Under the pieces are notes generated by a model. It searched no databases. It saw only the letters and a program-made list of their open reading frames with translations, and was not told the DNA's origin. A stretch of 64,000 nt of DNA, from contig CAXFIU010000001.1 of the NCBI GenBank assembly GCA_964003245.1, positions 20,589 to 84,588 of the forward strand, in the 5' to 3' direction. Origin of the DNA: an uncultured Candidatus Poseidoniales archaeon. Lineage in GTDB: Archaea; Thermoplasmatota; Poseidoniia; Poseidoniales; Thalassarchaeaceae. Below, piece by piece: positions 49,947 through 61,309 of the stretch (position 1 is the first letter of the stretch; every line of letters starts with the position of its first letter). Position numbers and translations under genes: made by a program.

Positions 49947-51911
49947 TTATTTCACCAATGATAGGTCTTTACTTCTAGAAGTAATTTCTTCAGATATTTT
50001 TTCTAAGAATTCATTTAGGGGGACTCCATTACATTGTTCTCCACTTCTTGGTTCGCCTTTCCGATCAATTCTAATAGACACGGTTTTTTCTTTTTCTTCA
50101 TCTTCTCCTAGAATTAACATATATGCGGGTCGCATTTTTCTATGCATACGTATTTTCTTCCCAATGGTTGCATCTGAGTCATCTACAGAAACTCTAACTC
50201 CAATATCTGCTAAAGATTTTTCAACCTCTCTTGCATATTCTTTTTGCTTCTCAGAAATAGTAATTATTTGAATTTGTTTAGGTGATAGCCAAGTAGGAAA
50301 GTTTCCTGCCCAATGTTCTGTTAGGAATGCAACAAATCTTTCATGAGTTGATAGTGGCGCTCTATGAATAACAAATACTTCTCCATTTTCTTCCCCTTTT
50401 TCATCTTTGTAACTTAGTTCAAAACGTTCCTTAGCTGCAAAATCAAGTTGTATTGTAGACATCGATTCTTCTCTTCCCAATGCAGTTGTAAACTGAATAT
50501 CGATTTTAGGGCCATAAAATGCTGCTTCACCAATTGCTTCCACATAAGGAACCTTTAGTTCATCCAATATCCTTCTTAGGTGATCTTGAGTAGAATTCCA
50601 ATTTTCAGGCTGTTTGATGTATTTATCAGTATTTTCAGGATCCCAAAGCGATAATCTGAAGTGATAGTTTTCAAATCCAAATGATGAATAATAATCTTGA
50701 ACCATTTTTATATTACTCGCAACCTCTTGTCCAACTTGTTCAAGGGTACAGTAGATATGTGCATCATTCATAGATAACATTCTGACCCTTAATAGACCTG
50801 CTAAAGTTCCCGACATTTCATTTCTATACACGGTTCCATACTCTGCAATTCTTAGTGGAAGTTCTCTATATGACCTTTTTTTATTACTAAAAACTAAGTG
50901 ATGCATTGGACAGTTCATAGCTTTTAGATAATAAGTTCCATCATCCATTTCCATTGGAGGATACATTCCTTCAGCATAATGTGGGAGATGACCACTACAT
51001 TCGAACAATTCTTTTTTCGCTAAAACTGGAGTTGTAACTCTATCATATCCATATTCTTCTTCAGTTTCCAATGCATATCTTTCTATTTCTGATTTTAGGA
51101 TTTCTCCGTTAGGTAGCCAAACCGGCAGGCCTTTCCCAATCATTTCATCGATCATATAAAGTTCCATTTCCTTTCCAATTTTCTTATGATCTCTTTTACT
51201 AGCTTCTTCAATTTGCCTTTGCCTTTCTTTCAACCCTTCTTTAGTGGCATAACACATACCATAAATGCGAGTCAGAGGCTCTCTATTCCTATCAGCTCGC
51301 CAATACGCCTGACTTGTACTTGTTAATTTGAACCATCTAAGGTGAGAAGTTGATGGTACATGCGGGCCTCTACATAAATCAACAAAATCGCCTTGCCTAT
51401 AGGCGGTTGAACCAACTTCATTCCCTATTTTATCATCCATGATTTCAATTTTGAATTTATTTCCTTGGAACATTTCTCTTAATTCACTATTTTCATACTC
51501 TTCTCTATGAATTTTAATATTTTCTCGAACAAGTTGTTGCATTCTCTTTTCTATTTTTTTGAGATCATTATCGCCTATTGGATTCATATGAAAGTCATAG
51601 TAGAAACCATGTTCAATCGGCGGCCCTATTGTAGGCTTAGCATCGGGAAATATTTCCACAACAGCTTGTGCAAGTAGATGTGCGCAAGAGTGCCTAAGAA
51701 TGTACAATCCCTGTTCTGATTCGCCCAAGATTGGTTCAATTTTACAATTTTCATTGATTGTAAATGACATATCCCTTTCTATACCATCAACATTTGCAGC
51801 TACTGCCCCACTTCTTTTTCCATAGACATTCTGCAAGATATCTCCTGCAGTAATTCCGGATGCGTATTCATGTGTTTCTTCGTCATTGATTTTTACTTGT
51901 ATCATCGACAT
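49947..51911 (-). CDS. thrS: Threonyl-tRNA synthetase
   Basis: N-terminal TGS domain, second-additional-domain HxxxH (LRHSCAHLLAQAV), class II catalytic core, C-terminal anticodon-binding domain. Confidence 0.85.
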   Translation of the reverse strand: MSMIQVKINDEETHEYASGITAGDILQNVYGKRSGAVAANVDGIERDMSFTINENCKIEPILGESEQGLYILRHSCAHLLAQAVVEIFPDAKPTIGPPIEHGFYYDFHMNPIGDNDLKKIEKRMQQLVRENIKIHREEYENSELREMFQGNKFKIEIMDDKIGNEVGSTAYRQGDFVDLCRGPHVPSTSHLRWFKLTSTSQAYWRADRNREPLTRIYGMCYATKEGLKERQRQIEEASKRDHKKIGKEMELYMIDEMIGKGLPVWLPNGEILKSEIERYALETEEEYGYDRVTTPVLAKKELFECSGHLPHYAEGMYPPMEMDDGTYYLKAMNCPMHHLVFSNKKRSYRELPLRIAEYGTVYRNEMSGTLAGLLRVRMLSMNDAHIYCTLEQVGQEVASNIKMVQDYYSSFGFENYHFRLSLWDPENTDKYIKQPENWNSTQDHLRRILDELKVPYVEAIGEAAFYGPKIDIQFTTALGREESMSTIQLDFAAKERFELSYKDEKGEENGEVFVIHRAPLSTHERFVAFLTEHWAGNFPTWLSPKQIQIITISEKQKEYAREVEKSLADIGVRVSVDDSDATIGKKIRMHRKMRPAYMLILGEDEEKEKTVSIRIDRKGEPRSGEQCNGVPLNEFLEKISEEITSRSKDLSLVK

Positions 51912-51986
51912 TCACTCCGCCTCCGTAATCTATCCCGACGCGACAATGATATGAATACCTTGCTTATTTAATCACAAATCTAAAAG

Positions 51987-52895
51987 TTATTCAAGTAAAA
52001 ATTGTGTTCCCGCTAAACCATCTACCATTTTTTGAATATCATTCAGCGACCCAATCGCTGCTCTTTGTCCTGAGCGTTCAACAAAGGTACAGGCAGCCTC
52101 AACTTTGGGACCCATTGAGCCATTATCAAATTCATATTCTCTGATTTCTTCCGGTGTTGTTTTTGAAATAATTCTTTCCAAATCTCCCCCCCAATCAAGG
52201 TAAACACCTTCTGTATCAGTTGCCATAATGAGTAAATCAGCATCTAACTCGAAAGCCAGTAAAGAACTGGCTCTATCTTTATCAATTACAACCTCAACTC
52301 CCTCTAATTTACCCTTTTCAGCGTAAGATGTAGGAATCCCCCCACCTCCTGCACATATGACCACTGTTCCCTTTTCCAATAACCAATGAATAGGTCTTAA
52401 CTGGAAAATTCGATGAGGTTCAGGTGAAGGAACAACTCTTCTCCAATAAACTCCATCATTTTTAATATCCCAACCTTTAATTTTTGCGAGATTTTTAGCC
52501 TCTTCCTCAGTATATACCGGGCCGATTGGCTTTGTTGGATTTGAAAATGCAGGGTCTTCAGGATCTATCTCCACCATTGTTAGGATAGAAGCAATAGGCT
52601 TTTCAATTGGTAGAAGATTACCTAATTCTTGTTCAATCATATAACCAATCATTCCTTGAGTTTGCGCACCTAAAATATCAAGAGGATATTCTTCAACTTC
52701 TTTGTAAGCAGCAGACTGTAATGAGAGAAGACCAACTTGAGGGCCATTTCCATGACTAATTACTACTTCATGTTCTTCAATAATTGGTGCTAAAGCTTTC
52801 ACTGCTATTCTGATATTTTCTCTTTGATTATCAGCAGTCATTTCATCACCTCTCCGAAGAAGAGCGTTCCCACCAAGTGCAATTACGATACGCAT
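51987..52895 (-). CDS. arcC: Carbamate kinase
   Basis: [13 protein letters not shown]...[11 protein letters not shown] amino-acid-kinase family signature; length 302 aa typical. Confidence 0.85.
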   Translation of the reverse strand: MRIVIALGGNALLRRGDEMTADNQRENIRIAVKALAPIIEEHEVVISHGNGPQVGLLSLQSAAYKEVEEYPLDILGAQTQGMIGYMIEQELGNLLPIEKPIASILTMVEIDPEDPAFSNPTKPIGPVYTEEEAKNLAKIKGWDIKNDGVYWRRVVPSPEPHRIFQLRPIHWLLEKGTVVICAGGGGIPTSYAEKGKLEGVEVVIDKDRASSLLAFELDADLLIMATDTEGVYLDWGGDLERIISKTTPEEIREYEFDNGSMGPKVEAACTFVERSGQRAAIGSLNDIQKMVDGLAGTQFLLE

Positions 52896-52948
52896 TATGG
52901 TAAACCCGTAGGCTGTATTGATATTAACACACGCCCTTTGCGAGTGAT

Positions 52949-54094
52949 ATGGTGCGCATTGGCTTGTTGGTTAATCCTGATGCCGGTTTAGGTGGTAGAT
53001 TAGGCCTCAAGGGCTCAGATGGCCAAGCTAAATTTGCTCGTTCAATGGGTGCAGAAGATAGGGCAGGTCCAAGAGTAAGTGATGCGTTGTTATATTTCAG
53101 TAAAATTTATGATAATGACAAAGACATCCAATGGTATACAAGCAAGGGAAGGATGGGTAGCCAGTGGATACCCGATAATATCTCTATAGGCAATTTCAAC
53201 TTAATTCATGAATCGTCAGGATCTACAAGCCAGTCTGATACCTCAACATTAGTATCTCTCCTAATTGATTCAAATATAGATTTAATACTATATGCTGGTG
53301 GTGATGGAACTACAAGGGATATAGTATCAACTCTAGATTCTCAGAATAAATCTAGCATACCTGTAATTGGTATTCCATGCGGCGTGAAAATGCATTCTGG
53401 ATGTTTTGCCTCATCTCCTAAAGCTGGTGCAGAAGTACTTTCCTCATGGTTGAATGGAGATTTGTTACTATCCAGTACCGAGGTTCTTGATTTAGATGAA
53501 GACAAATATCGAAATGGCGAATGGGTAGTTAGGTTGTATGCTGAAGTTAAGACACCTGCATCGCCTAGATGGATGCAAGGCGCTAAAATGCGGGTTGAGG
53601 CAACAGGTGAAGAAGAGATAATAGAAGGACTCGCAGATCATATTCGAGAGTTGTTAATTCATGATGATAGATTAGTTATCTGGGGTTCTGGTGGGACATT
53701 GAGGACAATTTCTAATATGGTCGGTTTTGAGGGAACCGTTCTAGGAATTGATGCTACATTGGGTAATGAACAGGTAGGGACTGATCTTAATGAAGAACAG
53801 CTAATTGATATTTTATCTTCACACAAAGGTGAAGTTACTTTGCTCTTATCTCCCATGGGTGGCCAAGGTTTCCTTATAGGGAGGGGAAATTTACAACTTT
53901 CTCCGAGCGTTTTAAGAAAAATACCAATTGATGATATATTAGGTGTAGTTACTCCTGCTAAATTAATTTCTGTTCGTCGTTTACGAATTGAAACTGGGGA
54001 TGAAATATTAGATAATAGATTCTCTGAGAAAAAATATATGAAAGTATTACAAGGATATAGAACTACTAGGGTACTTCCAATAATTGTTGATTAA
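52949..54094 (+). CDS. ATP-NAD kinase / diacylglycerol-kinase-like superfamily protein (COG3199-like)
   Basis: [14 protein letters not shown]-terminus and [12 protein letters not shown] (GGDGT) motif. Confidence 0.5.
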   Translation: MVRIGLLVNPDAGLGGRLGLKGSDGQAKFARSMGAEDRAGPRVSDALLYFSKIYDNDKDIQWYTSKGRMGSQWIPDNISIGNFNLIHESSGSTSQSDTSTLVSLLIDSNIDLILYAGGDGTTRDIVSTLDSQNKSSIPVIGIPCGVKMHSGCFASSPKAGAEVLSSWLNGDLLLSSTEVLDLDEDKYRNGEWVVRLYAEVKTPASPRWMQGAKMRVEATGEEEIIEGLADHIRELLIHDDRLVIWGSGGTLRTISNMVGFEGTVLGIDATLGNEQVGTDLNEEQLIDILSSHKGEVTLLLSPMGGQGFLIGRGNLQLSPSVLRKIPIDDILGVVTPAKLISVRRLRIETGDEILDNRFSEKKYMKVLQGYRTTRVLPIIVD

Positions 54095-54096
54095 TT

Positions 54097-55752
54097 TCAA
54101 ATCTTTTCCCCTATTGATGCCATTAGAAGTCCCAAAAATGGAGGGCTAGGTCTCCCTGGTCTCGATTTAAATTCTGGATGATATTGTGTACCTACGTAAT
54201 ATGGGTGGTCTTTCAACTCCATAATTTCACATCTCTGACCAGTTTCATCTTTGCCAACATACATTAATCCTGCACTTTCAATTTTTGAAATTAGTTCTGG
54301 ATTTACCTCGTATCTATGCCTATGTCTCTCATCAACATGTGATTGATTTCCATAAAGTCTCTTTATTTTACAGTCTTCTACAAGGAATGGTGTTGGTTTT
54401 GTTCCTAATCTCATTGTTCCTCCCATATGCGTCTTTGATATCTCTGGCATGAATACTACTGCTGGTTGAGATGTATCTTCATCAAATTCGGTAGAGTTTG
54501 CATCCTTCATTCCCAATACATTTCTACAGAACTCTATTGTCGCAATTTGTAAACCAAGACAAACTCCAAGATATGGTATTTTATTCACTCTAGCATATTC
54601 TGCAGCCTTTATCTTGCCCTCTATACCTCTGATTCCAAAACCACCTGGGACGAGTATTCCATCTGAATCCTTTAGTGATTTCCAAGCTTCAGTATATTTT
54701 TCATAATTTTCTTGTTTGATCTTTTCGTCCAGATTCTCTGCCTCTATCCAATTAATTTGGAGTTTACGATTTACCTCAAATGATGAATGCTGTAATGCTT
54801 TAATCACACTGAGATATGAATCTGAAAGTCCAGTATATTTACCAACCATAGCAATTTTTACGACTTCTTCAAGGTTATCTACGGTTTCAGCCATTCTTAT
54901 CCAATCATCTAGGAGAGGTCTTGATTTTGGCAACTCAAAACCAATTTCTTTTGAAAGTACATGACTAACACCTTGTTCTTCTAATAGAATTGGAATCCGA
55001 TATATATTCGACACATCATGAGCTGAAACCACGGCATCTGGCGAAACATGACAAAAAGCTGCTAACTTCACTCTTGTTTCTTCGTCCAATGGATTCTCTG
55101 ATCTACAAACAAGAATGTCTGGAATAATGCCCAGTCCTCTCAGTTCCTTTACAGTATGTTGAGTCGGCTTTGTTTTTTGTTCTCCAACTGGTCCCATTAC
55201 AGGAACTAAACTTACATGGACAAAGCAAATATTTTCTTCTCCAACTCTAAACTGGAACTGCCTTAAGGCTTCTATAAACGGTGCACTCTCAATATCTCCT
55301 ACCGTCCCTCCTAATTCAATTACACAAGCATCTGGAGTATTATTTGTCCCGTCACTCGAGGTATTGGCAACTCTTTCTATCCACTCTTGAATTTCATTTG
55401 TAATATGTGGGATTACCTGTACGGTTTTACCGAGATAGTCTCCTTTTCTTTCTCTTTCAATCACAGACTGGTAAACTTTACCTGTAGTTATGTTATTATC
55501 CTTGGTTAATGATATATCTAGAAATCTTTCATAGTTTCCTAAATCTAAGTCCACTTCTCCACCATCATCCAAAACATATACCTCGCCATGTTCGAACGGC
55601 GACATCGTCCCAGCATCACAATTCAGATAAGGATCAATCTTTACAGAAGTGACGCTCAGTCCTGCGGATTTCAGCAATACTCCTATGCTACTCGCTGTAA
55701 TCCCTTTACCTAGTCCTGACAAGACGCCTCCCGTGACTACAACATACTTCAT
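54097..55752 (-). CDS. pyrG: CTP synthase
   Basis: [25 protein letters not shown]-terminus; glutamine amidotransferase C-terminal domain with GVCLGLQ. Confidence 0.9.
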   Translation of the reverse strand: MKYVVVTGGVLSGLGKGITASSIGVLLKSAGLSVTSVKIDPYLNCDAGTMSPFEHGEVYVLDDGGEVDLDLGNYERFLDISLTKDNNITTGKVYQSVIERERKGDYLGKTVQVIPHITNEIQEWIERVANTSSDGTNNTPDACVIELGGTVGDIESAPFIEALRQFQFRVGEENICFVHVSLVPVMGPVGEQKTKPTQHTVKELRGLGIIPDILVCRSENPLDEETRVKLAAFCHVSPDAVVSAHDVSNIYRIPILLEEQGVSHVLSKEIGFELPKSRPLLDDWIRMAETVDNLEEVVKIAMVGKYTGLSDSYLSVIKALQHSSFEVNRKLQINWIEAENLDEKIKQENYEKYTEAWKSLKDSDGILVPGGFGIRGIEGKIKAAEYARVNKIPYLGVCLGLQIATIEFCRNVLGMKDANSTEFDEDTSQPAVVFMPEISKTHMGGTMRLGTKPTPFLVEDCKIKRLYGNQSHVDERHRHRYEVNPELISKIESAGLMYVGKDETGQRCEIMELKDHPYYVGTQYHPEFKSRPGRPSPPFLGLLMASIGEKI

Positions 55753-55798
55753 TCAATCAACGGGGTTTGAAGCCAACATACCTTGCCTATCAACATTC

Positions 55799-55838
55799 CT
55801 TAGACTTAGTCCAAAAAACAATCTTTGCTAAGTCTAAG
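55799..55838. promoter_or_regulatory. Perfect 11-bp inverted repeat (cttagacttag / ctaagtctaag, 18-nt spacer) in pyrG-tdh divergent intergenic region
   Basis: Seen directly: arm 55799-55809 and arm 55828-55838; ends 24 nt upstream of the downstream ATG at 55862. Confidence 0.35.
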
Positions 55839-55861
55839 TATCTCCATCTCTCCGGTCGACT

Positions 55862-56815
55862 ATGATTGGACGCGAGGGTGGCCGAATATTGGTCACAGGA
55901 GCACTTGGTCAGATTGGTACTGATTTAGTACAGTCATTAAGAGAGATTTATGGTTCTGATATGGTAATAGCTAGTGATATCAGGGAGAAACCAAATCATT
56001 CATGCATTCTAACTGGCCCATATGTTAATCTAGATGTACTTGATAAAAATCGAATTTTTCAGATTATTAATGATCAGAACATCAAAATTATTTATCATTT
56101 AGCTGCAATTCTTTCCGCAAGAGGTGAAGAAAATCCAGAATTATGCGAATTGATTAATGTAGAAGGTACTAGAAATATTTTTGATGCTGGCAGAGAATTT
56201 GGTTTACGCATTTTCACTCCTTCATCTATCGCTGTTTTTGGCCCAGATACACCCAAGAAAGCTCCTCAAGTAACTCCGCTTAATCCTACTACTAAATATG
56301 GAATGACTAAGGTAGAATGTGAAATCTTAGGTATGATATATTATCAAAAATATGGAGTAGATATTAGAGGTATTAGGTATCCTGGTCTTATTTCTTGGAA
56401 GTCACCTGTTAGCGGTGGAACTACTGACTATGCAGTAGATATATTCCATGCAGCACTTTCTGATGATTCAAAGTATGATTGTTTCCTTAATGGTGACACT
56501 CGTCTCCCCATGATGTACATGGACGATGCGATTAGAGCCACAATATCATTAATGGATGCTCCAATTGATTCATTGAGTTCAGCACGTTGCGGTTACAATA
56601 TTTCTGGTCTTTCTTTCACGCCCAAAGAATTAGTATCTGAGATTAAGAAGAGATTGCCACATTTCGTTTGTAAATATAAACCAGACATACGTCAAAATTA
56701 TGCCGATTCATGGCCTGATTCTATTGATGATGAGGTTTCAAGAAATGACTGGAATTGGCAATCAAGATTTGATCTAGAAACTATGGTTGATGAGATGATT
56801 AGTAACTTAAAGTGA
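55862..56815 (+). CDS. tdh: Extended-SDR NAD-dependent epimerase/dehydratase family enzyme, L-threonine 3-dehydrogenase-like
   Basis: ILVTGALGQIGTDLV Rossmann motif; blocks ASDI, HLAAILSARGE, VFGPDTPK, GGTTDYAVDIF, LPMMYMDDA, SFTPKEL resemble UDP-galactose-epimerase-like TDHs (from memory). Confidence 0.55.
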   Translation: MIGREGGRILVTGALGQIGTDLVQSLREIYGSDMVIASDIREKPNHSCILTGPYVNLDVLDKNRIFQIINDQNIKIIYHLAAILSARGEENPELCELINVEGTRNIFDAGREFGLRIFTPSSIAVFGPDTPKKAPQVTPLNPTTKYGMTKVECEILGMIYYQKYGVDIRGIRYPGLISWKSPVSGGTTDYAVDIFHAALSDDSKYDCFLNGDTRLPMMYMDDAIRATISLMDAPIDSLSSARCGYNISGLSFTPKELVSEIKKRLPHFVCKYKPDIRQNYADSWPDSIDDEVSRNDWNWQSRFDLETMVDEMISNLK

Positions 56816-56817
56816 TA

Positions 56818-58428
56818 TTAGTTATCTTCAATCTGGTTAGTCCAATCTGGAGTCTCAGGGCCTTTCTTTGCCCATAATACATCATCAATCCTCAGGATGC
56901 TTATTGCAGCCTCCGTTGCTCCTGTAATTGCATGTTCGGCTACAAATTTTGGATCAAAGATTTCTTCTTTAAGCATATTCGAGATTTCGCCTGAATTTCC
57001 ATTAAGGCCAATCCAAGCACCTTCTTCTTTATTTTTTGATTGTGCTGCTGAGAGTGATAAAACAATATCTATTGGGTCATAGCCAGCATTTTCAGCTAAT
57101 GTACGAGGGACTATTTCTAGAGCCGCTGCATATCCTTCAATAGCCATTTGCTCTCTACCCGATTGTGTAGTTGCATATTCTCTTAGTTTTCTTGCTAGGT
57201 GTATCTGTGTTGCTCCCCCCCCTGGAAGAATTTCTTCTTCCTTGGTTAATCTATGGCTTACTCCCAAGGCATCATCAAATGCCCTTCCTACTTCATCTCT
57301 AATCTCGGGAGTAGAACCTCTGATGATAACTGTCATTGCACCACCAAACTCTCCCTCTATCTTTGTATAATTAATTCCCCCAATATTTTCTTCTGAACGT
57401 GATGAATATTCTCCAATATCTTCCTTAGTAATTTTCTTGATATCTCTAATCATATTTGCGTTTGTCAACTTTGATAATCTTTCAAGATCGTTTCTTTCGA
57501 ATCTTCTATAGGCGGTAATTCCTGCTTCAGATAAGATGGAAATAGCTTCATCTGCTATCCCATCTCTAACTATAAGTAAATCAACTCCTAATTTTTCTAG
57601 ATGCCCTACAATTTCTGTGAGATATTTTTCATTACGAGCTTGAAAATCTTTTAGCACACCTAATTCATTAATCTCGATTTGCGCATCCAAACTCAATTTC
57701 CTTTCTTCAATAGCTCCATCAATTATTGCAACCCTACCTCCTTCCGAAAAAGTAGAAGTTGTCCCAATAAGTTTAGTTTTCGCTAGCACTAATGCAGGTA
57801 ACAATTCACTATCTAATGCTCTACCTCCAGAAATCTGTATTCTTTTTATTCTTAGTCTTTCTAAGTCTTTACCACCATCTTCATCAGACAATGATTCTGC
57901 GGCATTTAATGCTAATTCAGTAAGATGTTTAGACAATAAAGAATCTATTTTTCCTTGTAAAGAAGTTTTAACAACTGCTTCTTTCAGACCTCTATCGTTA
58001 GCATAGCGTGAGATATTATCAAGTTCTTCTAATGCTTTATCGTTTGCAATTCTGTAGCCATTAATAATTATTGAGGGATGAATTCCAGCCCTAACTAATT
58101 CCAAAGCATTTTGCAGCATCTCGGCCATCAAAATTACCGTAGTAGTAGTTCCATCTCTTGCTGCACGGTCTTGTGAACTTGAAGACGCAATTAGTAAATT
58201 CGCAGTTGGGTGCTCAACTTTAGCCATTTCTAAAACCGTCACTCCATCATTAGTGACACTCGCAGCCCCTTCCCCATCAACGAGCATTTTATCCATCCCT
58301 CTGGGACCTAATGTGGATCTAACGGCATTCGACAAAGAAACAGCAGCAGCGACATTACGCACTAAAGCAGTTCGGCCATGAATACGGTCAGTATCCTCCA
58401 AAGCAACTTCATGTTCGGCATCTGACAT
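56818..58428 (-). CDS. ths: Thermosome subunit (group II chaperonin)
   Basis: TLGPRGMDKMLVD, group-II chaperonin equatorial/apical layout; start set to MSDAEHEVALEDTDRIHG matching family N-terminus. Confidence 0.85.
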   Translation of the reverse strand: MSDAEHEVALEDTDRIHGRTALVRNVAAAVSLSNAVRSTLGPRGMDKMLVDGEGAASVTNDGVTVLEMAKVEHPTANLLIASSSSQDRAARDGTTTTVILMAEMLQNALELVRAGIHPSIIINGYRIANDKALEELDNISRYANDRGLKEAVVKTSLQGKIDSLLSKHLTELALNAAESLSDEDGGKDLERLRIKRIQISGGRALDSELLPALVLAKTKLIGTTSTFSEGGRVAIIDGAIEERKLSLDAQIEINELGVLKDFQARNEKYLTEIVGHLEKLGVDLLIVRDGIADEAISILSEAGITAYRRFERNDLERLSKLTNANMIRDIKKITKEDIGEYSSRSEENIGGINYTKIEGEFGGAMTVIIRGSTPEIRDEVGRAFDDALGVSHRLTKEEEILPGGGATQIHLARKLREYATTQSGREQMAIEGYAAALEIVPRTLAENAGYDPIDIVLSLSAAQSKNKEEGAWIGLNGNSGEISNMLKEEIFDPKFVAEHAITGATEAAISILRIDDVLWAKKGPETPDWTNQIEDN

Positions 58429-58569
58429 ACATGCTCGCGAGTAACCTAACAGATTTGAAACCGCTCCCGTGACAATAACATTTCCAATCAATACTTATTT
58501 GCAAAAGAATTCAAAACGAGAGGTTCATAAAGGATAGTACCTTCCCACTATACAACCTCAAGTTAAGTA

Positions 58570-59184
58570 GTGGCAAATATGGATGGAAATAGTAGGGATG
58601 AATGGGAAGAGCAGATGCTCAAGGAAATGGCGCGAATGTTTTCTGACATGGGTATGCCAATAGATATTAACATTCTTAGAAATATGCTTTCCCAAGTCCG
58701 CGAACAATTCGAAAAAATGGGTATTGATCCAGAGAAACTATCTAATCAGGATATGAAAATTGACATAAATGGAAACTCTGATGACTTTAGAAAAACTATG
58801 GAATCAATGTTGAATGGTCCTGATGGTTTTTCAGAATTATTCAGGAATATGGGGGTTAACATAGAAGTTAATAATCCAACTCCCGTAGTTGATGCCGAAC
58901 TAAATCATGAAGAAGATGTCGAAGAGCAGTTAGATTCGGTTGACATCCATATTCATGAAGATAGGATTTATGCAACTGTAGACATTTCTCGTGAATTAGA
59001 TATTGTAGAATCGGAATTAGAGATTAATTTGATAGATTCTGGGGGGGCATTTCAGTTGATGAAAACAACTCAATTAAGGCCCTTTAAGAGATTTGATTTA
59101 ACCGAACCTGCAAGTCAGATTGTTGAATGGAGCCTAAATAATGGCATACTTGATGTTATATTCGATATTAGGAATAATAATTGA
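58570..59184 (+). CDS. Hsp20/alpha-crystallin-domain-like small heat shock protein with long acidic N-terminal extension
   Basis: C-terminal about 80 aa VDIHIHEDRIYATVDISRELDIVESELEI...PASQIVEWSLNNGILDVIFD follows the ACD pattern (...NGVL.V.LPK); divergent from the thermosome, immediately upstream of dnaK. Confidence 0.45.
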   Translation: MANMDGNSRDEWEEQMLKEMARMFSDMGMPIDINILRNMLSQVREQFEKMGIDPEKLSNQDMKIDINGNSDDFRKTMESMLNGPDGFSELFRNMGVNIEVNNPTPVVDAELNHEEDVEEQLDSVDIHIHEDRIYATVDISRELDIVESELEINLIDSGGAFQLMKTTQLRPFKRFDLTEPASQIVEWSLNNGILDVIFDIRNNN

Positions 59185-59201
59185 AATAGGAAGTGAATAA
59201 A

Positions 59202-61082
59202 ATGAGTGGACCTGTAATAGGAATAGATCTTGGAACGACAAACAGCTGTGTAGCAACTCTTGAAGGAGGCCAGGCAGTGGTAATAGCCAATTCAGAAGGA
59301 TCTCGTACGACCCCTTCTGTCGTTGCGTTTAGCAAAGACGGCGAAAGACTAGTAGGTGTTACTGCTAAAAGACAAGCCGTGACAAACTCAGAAAGAACTA
59401 TTCTTTCAGTTAAAAGAGAAATGGGTACTGATTGGGTTCAGAATATTGATGATAATGAATACACTCCTCAAGAGGTATCTGCCTTCATTTTACAGAAATT
59501 AAAGGCGGATGCAGAATCATATTTGGGCCGAGAGGTTACTCAGGCAGTGATAACTTGTCCTGCGTATTTTACCGATGCCCAAAGAAAGGCAACACAAGAT
59601 GCGGGTAGAATTGCTGGTTTAGAAGTACTTAGGATAATCAACGAACCTACAGCAGCAGCTCTAGCTTATGGAGTAGATAAGGACGAAGATCAGACAATTC
59701 TAGTTTATGATTTGGGTGGAGGTACATTCGATGTTTCAGTACTAGAGATTTACCAAGTTGATGGCCAGCCACAGATTGAAGTCAAGGCAACAAGTGGAGA
59801 TAATAGGCTTGGTGGAGATGATTTCGATCAAGTGATTGTTGAATGGATAACTAGCGAATATATGAAATCTTCTGGAATTGATTTAACAAAAGATATGCAA
59901 GCAATGAGTCGTCTACGTGAGGCTGCAGAAAAGGCTAAAATTGAGTTGTCTGGTACTTCCATGTCTCAAATAAACCTACCATTCATTACAATGAAAGATG
60001 GTCAGCCTGAACACTTAGATCTTTCACTTTCTAAAGCTAAGTTTGAAGACTTAATTTCAGACTTAGTTGAGAGAACAATGTCTCCAACACGGAGAGCAAT
60101 GAAGGATGCAGGGATAGGTAAGGGCGATGTCGATAAGGTAATTCTTGTAGGTGGTTCAACTAGAGTCCCTGCTGTCCAGGAGGCTATCGAATCAGAAGTA
60201 GGAAAGTCTCCTTTTAAGGGCATTAATCCCGATGAAGCAGTTGCTTTAGGGGCAGCACTACAAGCAGGAATTATTGTAGGTGATGAAGGAGTTACTGATG
60301 TTCTTCTTCTCGATGTAACTCCTTTGACTTTAGGAATAGAAACATTGGGTGGAATTATGACTACAATGATTGAAAGAAATACAACAATTCCTTCTAGGCG
60401 CTCGGAAACGTTCTCAACTGCGGCAGACAATCAACCAGCAGTTGAAGTGCATGTGCTCCAAGGCGAGAGGGAGTTTGCAAACGATAACATAACTCTTGGC
60501 CGATTCCATCTTATGGGCATTCCACCTGCTCCGCGAGGGCTACCTCAAATTGAGGTTACATTTGATATCGATGCTAATGGTATCGTGAATGTTTCTGCAA
60601 AGGATCTTGGTACTGGTACCGAACAGTCAATTAAAATTGAGAGCCAAACTTCATTATCTGAAGAAGAAATTAAACAAAAAATAAGTGATGCTGAAGAATT
60701 TGCTGAAGAAGATAAACGCAAGAAAGCTAGGGTTGAATTAAGAAATACGGCAGATAGTATAGTATACCAAACTCGAAGAACAATCGATGAGACGAAAGAG
60801 AAATTATCAGAGGACGTAGTTAGTCCAGTTTTAGAAAAACTGAAAGAATTGGAATCTTTAATCGTCTCAGATGAAAAACCAGTTTCTGATGAAGACTTAG
60901 ATGAATCAAGTATCCAATCAAGAATACAAGAGTTAGAAGAATTAATGCATCGTTTATCCTCTAAATTGTATGAAGCAGCATCCGCAGAGGTTTCAGATGA
61001 AGATAATGATTCAGAAGAAGGTGATGTTGTAGAGGCAGATTTTGAAGTTTTGGACTCAGATGATGACGACACTGATGAGTGA
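59202..61082 (+). CDS. dnaK: Molecular chaperone DnaK (Hsp70)
   Basis: [41 protein letters not shown]; SD GGAAGTGA upstream of chosen ATG. Confidence 0.9.
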   Translation: MSGPVIGIDLGTTNSCVATLEGGQAVVIANSEGSRTTPSVVAFSKDGERLVGVTAKRQAVTNSERTILSVKREMGTDWVQNIDDNEYTPQEVSAFILQKLKADAESYLGREVTQAVITCPAYFTDAQRKATQDAGRIAGLEVLRIINEPTAAALAYGVDKDEDQTILVYDLGGGTFDVSVLEIYQVDGQPQIEVKATSGDNRLGGDDFDQVIVEWITSEYMKSSGIDLTKDMQAMSRLREAAEKAKIELSGTSMSQINLPFITMKDGQPEHLDLSLSKAKFEDLISDLVERTMSPTRRAMKDAGIGKGDVDKVILVGGSTRVPAVQEAIESEVGKSPFKGINPDEAVALGAALQAGIIVGDEGVTDVLLLDVTPLTLGIETLGGIMTTMIERNTTIPSRRSETFSTAADNQPAVEVHVLQGEREFANDNITLGRFHLMGIPPAPRGLPQIEVTFDIDANGIVNVSAKDLGTGTEQSIKIESQTSLSEEEIKQKISDAEEFAEEDKRKKARVELRNTADSIVYQTRRTIDETKEKLSEDVVSPVLEKLKELESLIVSDEKPVSDEDLDESSIQSRIQELEELMHRLSSKLYEAASAEVSDEDNDSEEGDVVEADFEVLDSDDDDTDE

Positions 61083-61086
61083 TTAG

Positions 61087-61308
61087 ATGGATGAAGAGTT
61101 TGCACTTAAGAAAATTAAAATTGGTGCTAAACCATTCGTCAGACCAATTGATGACAGGATAATTCTGGGAGTCTGCTCAGGACTTGCTAGGAAATTAGGA
61201 ATAACTTCTCTAACTTCGAGAGTCCTATTCTCTTTACTGACAATATTTACTGGTGGCAGTTTAGCAATTGCTTATCTCATTATTTTTTTAATATCTCCTC
61301 AGGAGTAA
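61087..61308 (+). CDS. PspC-domain small membrane protein
   Basis: RPIDDRIILGVCSGLARKLGITSLTSRVLFSLLTIFTGGSLAIAYLIIFLISP matches the PspC domain pattern; starts 5 nt after dnaK stop. Confidence 0.5.
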   Translation: MDEEFALKKIKIGAKPFVRPIDDRIILGVCSGLARKLGITSLTSRVLFSLLTIFTGGSLAIAYLIIFLISPQE

Positions 61309-61309
61309 T

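Noticed and set aside
60002-61105. 142-aa and 186-aa minus-strand ORFs antisense to dnaK (Ser/Thr-rich)
   Set aside because: They are antisense artefacts of the GAA/GAT-rich dnaK 3-prime region. They have no start context or motifs.
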